Below, one piece after another: positions 54,003 through 64,000 of a stretch of 64,000 nucleotides of DNA; within the stretch, counting starts at the first letter, position 1; the number at the start of each line of letters is the position of its first letter. The translations under genes were made by a program, and so were the position numbers. The notes under the pieces are model-generated. The model made no database searches, was not told where the DNA came from, and was given only the letters and a program-made list of their open reading frames with translations. The stretch covers positions 28,706,001 to 28,770,000 of the forward strand of contig OX597824.1 in assembly GCA_951406725.2 (NCBI GenBank), given 5' to 3'. The DNA is from Octopus vulgaris (taxonomy: Eukaryota).

Positions 54003-54216
54003 GTTTAAGATTTTGTCATAAAAGGAGCAATTTTGGGAGAGGTGATTAGTCGATTACATTGGCTCCAGTCTTCAACTGGTACTTATTTTATCGCACCCCA
54101 CAGGGATGAAAGGCAAAGTCGACCTCGGCTACATTTGAACTCGAAACATAAAGACGGACAATATGCCACTAAACACATTACTCAGTGTTCTAACGATTCT
54201 GCCAGTTCGCCGCCCT
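53585..54216 (-). mobile_element. three SINE family E monomers separated by (AAT)n
   Basis: Copies at ~53585-53692, 53710-53928, 54003-54216, each abutting AAT-type repeats. Confidence 0.88.
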
Positions 54217-54220
54217 AATA

Positions 54221-54315
<95 letters not shown>

Positions 54316-54875
54316 ATAGCTCCCGAATGAATAACAGGATGCACGTACACTAAGAAGCTCTCTTCACTAAACGAACAGTCCAGTAACATCAGTGCGATGG
54401 AAGGGAAAATTTGCCATACAATTGTAGGAAAAGTTCTATTAAAGCAGACGAACTAAAAGAACGGAAAGATTTTTTGCCATATAATGTGTAGTTTCTTTTC
54501 TTAAATGCACGATATCTCTATGCAGCATATGCGAGAAGTCGAAGCTAGTACCAGGAAATCTGGAAAAACACCACTTACACACTAAGTACGTAATTTGAAT
54601 AATTACCTATACATGCAACCATTCATGTGCTCATGTTAATATTTATAAGCAACATAAATAATGCCTACACGACTCACACGTACACACACGGAAAATAAAA
54701 GAAAAAACACTTGTCACGATTGACGGCATAACAAGCAGAAAAAAAGCGACTTCCACAAACGAATATAAAAAGGAGAAAATTAGTCACTAAGTTTAAAACA
54801 TAATCAAAGAGTTATGCCGAGAAACATAGCTATCAAAAAAATAGACGCGATTTTCGATCTATCAGCCTTACGATA

Positions 54876-55256
54876 TCTTTATATATAAAAGTAAGGTTGT
54901 GTGTCTGTCTACTCCGATTTAGATTCCTAACTACTCCCACATTTTGCGGTACAGTTTAACCAAAACCGGGTATCTTATAGTCGTGATTCATATCGAGCCC
55001 TTCTGGGTATTAGCGCGCGTCTACGATGAGTCTACGATTTTAAAAATAATTTACCATCATTTTTTTCCATTTTAATGCATATTTTTTTAATATAAGGGAA
55101 GTAACTCTCTAAAAATGTCTACGATGAGTCAACGATTTAAAAAAAAATTACCATCATATTTTTCCATTTTTAATGCATTTTTTTGCTATAACTCTCTAAA
55201 AATGCTTTATAGTTATTTCCCTTACAAACCCGAGCAACGCCGGGCGATACTGCTAG
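54876..55256 (+). mobile_element. non-autonomous Helitron
   Basis: A|TC 5' end, subterminal hairpin cccgagcaacgccggg, CTAG|T 3' end, no TSD, internal ~65 bp tandem duplication. Confidence 0.88.
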
Positions 55257-55359
55257 TGATAAATATATCCATTCGAAGAACAAGGAAGCAGTGTCCGGTC
55301 AAAAAGTCAACTCTGAATAAACACACCCGTCTCCTATTGTCACTGTTAATGCCTTAATG

Positions 55360-56330
55360 ACAAGTCAAAACCTATGCCGGATCGATCATCATCCGGATCA
55401 AGGACTGCGTTACTCAGTGGTGAACCAGACTGGAGTCGAAAAGCCTCTAAAAAACGATGTACAAGGTAACCAGATCTAGGATAACTCGAACCCAAGACCT
55501 GTAGTGATACCATCAAAACCATCACTTAAATCAAAACCCATAAAATAACCTAAAGAGGATTATAGAGATGTGTTGAAACCTTTCTATACAGACCAACTAA
55601 ACCCAAACAATAACCTCATAGTACAAACTTATATTTCATGGAGAAACTTTGTAGGTAATGAAGGGCGCTGATATATAGATGCCAATTAACTAAGAAAAGT
55701 ACGTAGAGGCATCATTAAGAATAAATGGTTAACTAACTCTGAAATTAGCCAAATAAGGACACAAATACCTCATGGTAAACCACATGAAAACAGAAACAAT
55801 GCAGATTAAATAGGTAACAGATGCACAGAACCCAGTGTATGAGAAGTACATCCCCTCAAGGAAGCTGGAGAAAGAGTAGCGAAGGACAAATATACGGAAA
55901 AAGTAGACCTGCTTCAAAAACACCAGAATAGGTATGACAGAATTTGAGGTAAATAATAAAGACATTATAGAAGCAAAAGTAGATATAAGAGAACTCAGCA
56001 AGACTGAGTAAATGACATCATCAATAGGGAACCACTGCAAAGTTCTCAAACAGCATAAAAAACAACAACATAATCATGATATATAATGTTGCTCTTAGAC
56101 AGATCTTAAGTAATAAAGAAAATGACCTAACAACCTTAAATAACCTCATCTATTCCACTGTTAAGTTGTAACTGCTCAACTAGGTATCAAAATGACACAG
56201 AAAAGAACTAACCATGTCAACAGACCTCCTAAGTGGAAAGGAGCTATACAAAAACTGATCGAATCTCTGCGGGTGGATGTATCAGTTCTTGATGAACTTG
56301 CTGCAGGTGTAAATGTTAAGAGTTATTTCG
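55360..56330 (+). pseudogene. decayed N-terminal region of an R4/Dong-like non-LTR retrotransposon ORF
   Basis: EDYRDVLKPFY..TYISWR..YIDAN*LRKVRRGIIKNKWLTNSEI; LNNLIYS; RPPKWKGAIQKLIESLRVDVSVL; stops and frameshifts. Confidence 0.7.
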
Positions 56331-56669
56331 ACCATATCCGCATGAGTATAACTTGATAGTTAGAAACTAACCGTAAATTCTTCGAACGGACCATCCGTAA
56401 TCCGCTATTTATTTTAACAGCACCGCATGTACCATAAGTGCTTTTGACACTGTCCACTCTGTTTTAAGCCTCCAGGTCAGACTCCCGATCTCAGACTTTT
56501 TCTTCTCCACAGCCTTTTCCCCCCTCAAGCTCTATGGTTCATACGACCGTTTATCTGGTTTCCAAGGCGTATAAATGACCAACGTCACGACAATCCCTGT
56601 GAAACAGACGTCGATCATTTGCCGGATTTCAAGACAAGCAGTTTTGAGAGAAGATGACAATTCAATTAC

Positions 56670-56825
56670 ATCAAAACCATCTAGTACTATTTTTTTATCG
56701 ATTACGAAAGGATAAAAAAACCAAGTGGGTCTCGGCGGGATTCGAAATCAGAACGTAAAGATCCGGAAGAAATTGCGATAAGCATTTGCCCGTCGTGTTA
56801 ATGGTTCTGCGAGCGCGCCGCCTCC
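56670..56825 (-). mobile_element. SINE family E, diverged
   Basis: ctcggcgggattcgaaatcagaacgtaaag..gcgcgccgcct. Confidence 0.7.
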
Positions 56826-57649
56826 CACAATTGTTACAGCCTTCAAACGTAATCCTTTCCAATTTGCCTACATCATATGAAAATCTAAAATATTTAAAAA
56901 GAAAATATTCCGGGTTTTTTTTTTTATTTAGTAATTCGATTAGCAGGTCTTCTATCCGGAGGGAGATAGGCTGCTTAGCTATCTATCCTTCAGTCATCTC
57001 CACCATACTGGGAAAGACGCTGCTATTTTCAAGAATATTTTTTTTAGGATAATGATTTAAGCAGATTAAATAGTGAAGCGTGTATTCTGTTTGTTCGTTT
57101 TACTTTTTTTATTTAGTTATTTATTTACTTTTGTCACCTGAGGAAAGAGAAAACACCTGAAGTCTTTTTTTTTCTTAGATTAGAATATCAACTTTGCTAT
57201 ATGTTGTCAAGCAAAACCATTCATTGGCATTATATAACCAAACTAACGGCATTTCATCTATAAATAAAGTTTTTTCTCCCTCTTTCTCGTTCATATCAAT
57301 ATATACTTTCGGAACTCGTGCCAAAGAACTGATATAAAGAACGAAATCAGCCGAGGCATGGGGAACAATGGCTTTCCAACAACACCCCTTTGCAAATATC
57401 TGCGAGGTGCACAGGTTAAAACGATGAAATTTAGAGGCGACGGAGCGTATCGAAGTTCGATTTTATATGACATAGATTTTTCAATATCTCTCAAGACGTT
57501 TCCATGAGAATTGCAAATATTACAAACAATGAATGGGGAGAGGGAAGGGAGTGGAATCACAAAAGGATATATAAATTATATATGTATGCATATATACATA
57601 CATACATATATATATATATATGTGTGTGTGTGTATATATATATATATAT

Positions 57650-57698
<49 letters not shown>

Positions 57699-58419
57699 TG
57701 TGTGTGTGTGTGTGTGTACACATATAAATGTAAATATATATATACATATGAATATATATCCACATATACACGTATATATATATATAATTTATTTTATATG
57801 CGTATAAAAAACGAAAAGTGAATAGAAAGGAGATATGTTTCAATGAAAAATGACGATTCAGTTATAAATAGAGAATATTGCACGCTTAAAGTTAACCATT
57901 CCAAAACGATGTGCCGTATATCATAAAAGAATAGGAAGTCAAAAGAGGTGACATGGAATTTGGTAAGATAAATGGAACTCTTAAAGAATGAGATTTTTCC
58001 ATCACGCTTCTTCCTTAAGGGATTCAATGAGAGAGAGAGAAAAAAAGAACTCAACAATAGAAATGATAGAAAAAGACAAAAAAAAACAAGAAGACAGCTG
58101 AGGAAAAATGAGGAAAAACGAAAGAAAAAGAGAGAAGGATAGAAAAGAAAGAAGGAAATATATGTAAAAGAAAATTTGGTTATAAATAATATATATGATG
58201 CATCTACCTCGACTATGGCTGCCAACGTATCAACTATTTTCTTACAGGACTTGCAATTAATGGCCGAATTTCGGTAATATCATTTCTAAGGCGTTCAAGT
58301 CTCCCTCACCATTTATAGGTCACTTGTTCGTTAAACATACCATTTGCACTCCGCACATAATGTTTGTTTTTTTTATATGTTCTCATCTTATATATTTTAT
58401 CACATAATCATTCATATCC

Positions 58420-58481
58420 TATCATTACTATTATTATTATTATTATTATTACTATTATTATTAATATTATTATTATTATTG

Positions 58482-58554
<73 letters not shown>

Positions 58555-58657
58555 CATCATCATTATTATTATTATTATTATTATCATTATTATTATCATC
58601 ATCATTATTATTATTATTACTATTATTATTATTGTTGTTGTTATTATTATCATCATT

Positions 58658-58701
<44 letters not shown>

Positions 58702-58702
58702 A
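58420..58702. repeat. (ATT)n/(ATC)n microsatellite
   Basis: Direct reading. Confidence 0.95.
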
Positions 58703-59068
58703 TTGGTGTTGTTTTTGTTGTTCTTTTCAGCGGAGTTAGTACTAGTAGCCTTAAGGTCCTTTGTCAGATTTTTTTTCTCATCTTTCTGTTTTTTTATTGC
58801 TAACGCTAAAGTAAGTTGCGTTCAAGCAAAAGTCAGTGACATATTTTGTCATCAAAGTTTTTGCAGGAATTTCTTTTTTTTTCTTATTTATTTATCTATA
58901 TACATATATATTGTTCCAACCTTAAATCTTAAATAATGTGCTAGTGTATGCGATTTTCAATAAAAGATATAAATAAACAGAAAAAAGAGTAGTTTCCGCT
59001 TGATTTCATCTCCCGCCTTCTAATTGTCTCCTCAACATATACAAACGCCCTTGTTTCTCTCTCTCTCA

Positions 59069-59124
<56 letters not shown>

Positions 59125-59252
59125 CTCTCTTTCTATTCTTTCTTTCTTTCTCTCTGTTTCTTCCTCTCACTTTCTGTCTCCCTTTAATCTCTATGGCACC
59201 CTCATAGCGATTTCACTTTATTTTCTCCATGAACACATAAATCCGCTTATAC

Positions 59253-59386
<134 letters not shown>

Positions 59387-59406
59387 CTGTGTGTGTGTGT
59401 GTGTGT

Positions 59407-59742
59407 GTGAAGGCGCATGGCTCAGTGGTTAGAGCGTCGAGCTTACGATCGTGCGGTTGCGAGCTCGAATCCCGGATCGAGCTACGTGTTGTGTTCCTGA
59501 GCAAGCCACTTTATTTTACATTGCTCCAGTTCACTCAGCTGTAGAAATGAGTTGCGACGTCACAGGTGCCAGGTTGTATCGGACTTTGCCTTTCCCTTGG
59601 ATAACACTGGTAGCGTGGAGAGGGGAAGTTGGTATGCATGGGCGACTACTGGTCTTTCATAAACAACCTTACCCGGACCTGTGCCTGGGAGGGTAACTTT
59701 CTAGGTGCAATATCTTTGCCAGTCATGACCGAAGGGGGTCTC
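59407..59742 (+). mobile_element. tRNA-derived CORE-like SINE with a distinct 3' module
   Basis: aggcgcatggctcagtgg A box, ctcgaatccc B box, core shared with family A, 3' part unique in this window. Confidence 0.85.
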
Positions 59743-59744
59743 AG

Positions 59745-59771
<27 letters not shown>

Positions 59772-59775
<4 letters not shown>

Positions 59776-60060
59776 GAGAATTCACAAACAAAAAAACAAA
59801 AGACGAATACAGGTGGTGTAGACAACAAACAGATGTATTAGTATAACGCTCGGGAGGTGAAAAAGTCTTTAACGTTTCGAGCCTAGACTCTTCCACAGAA
59901 AGGAACACAGAAAGAACAAGGAGAGAAAATAAAGAATGTGTAGTGGCTAGCGATCTATCATGGGGAAGGCTGGACAGAAGGGTCACACAGGAGAGCTAGG
60001 GAGAAGGGGAGATAACAAAGTGAGGTGATCTCAAAACCAAGGTGCGCGTGCTTGTGTATA
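59772..60060 (-). mobile_element. Penelope-like terminal fragment with variant HHR (59865-59904)
   Basis: Minus strand CCUUU-CUGUGGAA-GAGU-cuag-GCUC-GAAA-CG-UU|AAAGA; abuts (TA)n; paralog at 63795-63966. Confidence 0.7.
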
Positions 60061-60445
60061 AGAGAGTTTGTATGTGCGTGTGGAAGAGGGCTGATGATCT
60101 TATATATTCACATGCATGTATATGCGTGTCCATATACATTTGTGCTTAAATTTATATATGCATATAAAGACAAACACACATACACTTTCATTTATATGGG
60201 TGTATATGTGTGAACGTGAATATATACATATGTGTGTACATACCCACACACACACAATCACATATATATATAAGAAAGGAAATATACGAGAAAATGGAAT
60301 AGAAAATGGAATATACGAGAAAATTAATTGCTTACAACGTTCGTTTAGACCCATCTTTCATCGATCCCTTGACGGTGGGATAAACACATACGGCCATAGC
60401 CAATGAGCCTGCTTCATCAGTTTACGTCTAAGAACATACCCAAGA

Positions 60446-60595
60446 CTGAAGACGAACAAATACTACCCTTACAGGAAACCTAATGGAGAAATTGAATATA
60501 TCCACAAATGTTCAACCCCCCCTCCTCCACTGTAATTAGAACTTGGTTTCAGACATTAGCAGAAGGGTGCTATACTCTCTGTCAGTATAGAGATC
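60446..60595 (+). pseudogene. Penelope-like element RT thumb fragment
   Basis: LKTNKYYPYRKPNGEIEYIHKCS, then frameshifted TVIR..LVSDISRRV, like the PLE motif PYRKPN..YI...SNHPP..I....I.RR. Confidence 0.7.
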
Positions 60596-60604
60596 TTAGA
60601 TAGT

Positions 60605-60947
60605 GCCGCTCTCTCTTTACAACTCATTCTCGCCCACAACATCATAAGCGGGAAGTGTAACCCCTCGAAAGAGCTGTTCTTCACTCCTGCTCCGGAGCGT
60701 CGGCTGCGGGGTCATTCCGAAAAGCTCTACCTGCGACGATTTCATCTCAATCGAAGGAGAGGAGCTTTCTCCGTCCGGGTTGCGGATCCGTGGAACAAGC
60801 TGCCAGACGAGATGGTGAGGATGCCGACGACCGCTTTGTTCAAAGCCTCCCTGGACCTCAAGTGGCCTGAACTCTTTACATGAACACCACCCTGTACTTA
60901 ACTCCATGTCCCCCTACATGGCCTTGCTATTTGCTTTTGAGCCAAAT

Positions 60948-60979
<32 letters not shown>

Positions 60980-60980
60980 A
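60605..60980 (+). mobile_element. CR1-group LINE 3' end with (CTAA)n tail
   Basis: LRGHSEKLYLRRFHLNRRRGAFSVRVADPWNKLPDE..FKASLD; paralog at 1460-1830. Confidence 0.88.
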
Positions 60981-60989
60981 ACGATGCTT

Positions 60990-61385
60990 TGGCTAGGAGC
61001 AGATTTTCTGAGAAGCTCATGTATATGGACGAACCACAAACACCCACTCCTCTATCCAGTGAGAATTAGAAAAAAAGAAAGTTCTTTTCTTATCAGAACG
61101 ATCAGAGTGAGTTTTCCGAACTGCTGTACCATCATAGTTACCATTAGATCCATTCAACTCTTTCCGAATCTTCTGCACTGTCCTCAGATTTACACTCTGA
61201 AATGTTTGTATTGGGGATTTCGGCGCGAATGCCAAGTAGTACAGCATATCATTTTCAATTTTCTGGCAGAGTGAAATTGCGTCATGGTGCTGTTTTTCTC
61301 AAAGACAGTGCCCAACTGACCCTACTATAAGGTGTAGTCAACAAAATCAAAAAGAAACAACGTGTATGCGCTAAATTAAAAGTAC
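60990..61385 (-). mobile_element. maT-like transposon 5' part
   Basis: Homologous to 24895-25080; NLRTVQKIRKEL..RKTHSDRSDKKRT HTH-region remnant. Confidence 0.75.
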
Positions 61386-61473
61386 AAAATGGCGACAATT
61401 TATTCATCTCACACAACATATACATACCCACACGCACACATATATATACATATACATATATATATATGCATAC

Positions 61474-61522
<49 letters not shown>

Positions 61523-61532
61523 TATATATACA

Positions 61533-62341
61533 TAAACTTAGATAAACTTAGATATGTTTCTACCAAAGATTAGTCCAGGCCATATCTAACTTAATAGCAC
61601 CACCTGATAGGATTATTCGAATCCTGTTTAAGTCAAGTTTTGTTTATGGTCCATTCAAGTAGTGAGTGCTTGTTGGGTGAGTTGTATCCAATTATGGATG
61701 GCTTATCTGGTATTCTTTGAAGGAATCTATCCAGACTCCGTTTAAAGTTGATGGGATCCTTTTCCTCCTTGATCTCTTTCGGGACAATGTTAAATAGGGC
61801 AGGGCCTGTTGAGGAAAAGAAATTATGTTGCAGTGTAAATGCATGCTGTGATCTTGAATTGGGCAGGGGACGTATGGCCCGTGGTCCCAGTCTTGCATCA
61901 ACCTTGAAGCTAATGTTCAGGTCGTTTGGGCAAAGTTGGCGGTATATTCTCCACATCGTACAAATGATGTACCGCTCACGGCGACGCTGGAGAGAGTAAA
62001 GTTTCAAGGCTTTAAGGCGATCCCAATAATCGAGAGCAGCCATGCCGTCAATTCGTTTAGTGAGTGCCCTCTGGGGTGACTCAATCCTCGAGATGTTTTG
62101 TCTTGTATTGGGAGACCACAGTGGGCAGCAGTATTCGAGGTGTGGCCGTACAAAGGAGGAGAAAAGTGGTATGATGACACCTTGTTCTATGGACCGGAAA
62201 GTTCTTAAGATCCAGGAACTCATCCTACGAGCTATACCGACCTTCTTGTTGATGTGTGCACTCCAACTGAGATCGTCATCAACTGATGTTTTGTCTTGTA
62301 TGGGGAGACCACAGTGGGCAGCAGTATTCGAGGTGTGGCCG

Positions 62342-62343
<2 letters not shown>
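61533..62343 (-). mobile_element. 5'-truncated CR1-group LINE with open RT C-terminal frame (61633-62284) and (atctaagttt)n tail
   Basis: DDDLSWSAHINK..LFSSFVRPHLEYCCPLWSP..IESPQRALTK..YWDRLKALKLYSLQRRRER..GPALFNIVPKEI..FKRSLDRFL. Confidence 0.92.
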
Positions 62344-62410
<67 letters not shown>

Positions 62411-62488
62411 GTGTATATCAACTTCACTCATAGGCTATGAAGGGAAACGAGGCTATAGAAGATGATATTTAATCAAGTTGCGAGGCAA

Positions 62489-62576
<88 letters not shown>

Positions 62577-62984
62577 AACTTCATTCTTATAAATAAGGTA
62601 CGACGGTACTGAAAACTTGTATTCGTCGGCAACCATTTCTGAGAATCGCACTACCTCTATGATTTATTCATTGTTAAATCTTATCAATACTCAGTTATTC
62701 CTCACTGCCCTTCCACAAACATTACATTAACTATTAAAATTCAATATGTATTCGCTATTCTTGCAATAGAATATACAAGTTAACTTCATTATTTCTGCGT
62801 TACGTGAAATATTTTGTAATAGATAACTTGACGGCGATTTTCATATGCATTATACATGCCATTATTTCTCTCTCCCTTTCTCCCGCACTCTCTACGATTT
62901 CACTCTCTCTCTCTTTCTCTCTCTCTCTCTCAGCTTGTTTATCTACCTATTTAGCTGACTATTTATCTCTGTCTAAGTATCTCA

Positions 62985-63041
<57 letters not shown>

Positions 63042-63093
63042 GCTAGCTAGCTAGCTAGCTAGCTAGCTATCTATCTATCTATCTATCTAACTG

Positions 63094-63127
<34 letters not shown>

Positions 63128-63220
63128 CATCTATCTTTCTATTTATATATATGTATATATACATATATATATATATAGATAGATAGATATAGATATAGAT
63201 ATAGATATATATATATATAG

Positions 63221-63251
<31 letters not shown>

Positions 63252-63408
63252 TGTCTATCTATCCATCTACATTTCCTAATCCTTGATAAACAGGCAAATT
63301 CACACCTGTTTTTGAAATTGTCTGTATGAACGTTTGCATTTATATATGATTTTGTGTGCCTATATCGATATGTGTGTATATGTACATATGAATGTATTTA
63401 TGTATGTA

Positions 63409-63439
<31 letters not shown>

Positions 63440-63473
63440 GTATGGAAATACATATATATGTATGTATACATAT

Positions 63474-63690
63474 CTTTTACTCTTTTACTCTTTTATTTGT
63501 TTCAGTTATTTGACTGCGGCCATGCTGGAGCACCGCTTTTAGTCGATCAAATCGACCCCAGGACTTATTCTTTTGTAAGCCTAGTACTTATTCTATCGGT
63601 CTCTTTTGCCGAACCGCTAAGTTATGGGGACGTAAACACACCAAGATCGGTTGTCAATCGATGTTGGTGGACAATCCCAGACACAGGAAC
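63474..63690 (-). mobile_element. SINE family D 3' half
   Basis: (cttttact)n tail; reverse complement of 6310-6518. Confidence 0.88.
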
Positions 63691-63708
63691 ACACACATAC
63701 ATACATAT

Positions 63709-63794
<86 letters not shown>

Positions 63795-63964
63795 GTATCT
63801 TTCTGTTGAAGAGCGTAGGTTCGAAACGTTAAAGACTTGTTTCATTTATATTTCCTGAGCGCCATACTAATACAATTTGTTGTTTGTATTCCACCTGCCT
63901 TCATCTTTTGTTTATTTCCGTAAACCTCCCTTCGTCTTTTGTCTATTTTCATAAAGCTTACCGT

Positions 63965-63966
<2 letters not shown>
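63795..63966 (+). mobile_element. Penelope-like terminal fragment with variant HHR (63798-63835)
   Basis: UCUUU-CUGUUGAA-GAGC-guag-GUUC-GAAA-CG-UU|AAAGA; (TA)n on both sides. Confidence 0.72.
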
Positions 63967-63999
<33 letters not shown>

Positions 64000-64000
64000 G

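Overview
AT-rich, microsatellite-saturated animal non-coding DNA (intergenic or large intron). No host protein-coding exon can be supported; nearly all ORFs in the track are (TA)n/(CA)n/(GATA)n/(GGT)n/(ATC)n artefacts. The tRNA-derived SINE repertoire resembles that known from Octopus (inference from recalled repeats, no search run). The window holds five SINE families (many with TSDs, some nested or tandem), fragments of CR1-, RTE- and R4/Dong-like LINEs, a Penelope-like RT fragment, and mariner, maT-like, hAT, Merlin-like and Helitron non-autonomous elements. Main signal: about 12 type I hammerhead ribozyme (HHR) or HHR-like motifs from about 7 sequence families. Their stem III is short and (near-)palindromic, implying dimeric cleavage. 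They sit mostly in (TA)n tracts and often in long inverted repeats, matching Penelope-like pseudo-LTR biology. Two families have variant cores and one HHR lies inside a TIR-bounded unit. All structures were folded by eye and need computational and biochemical confirmation.
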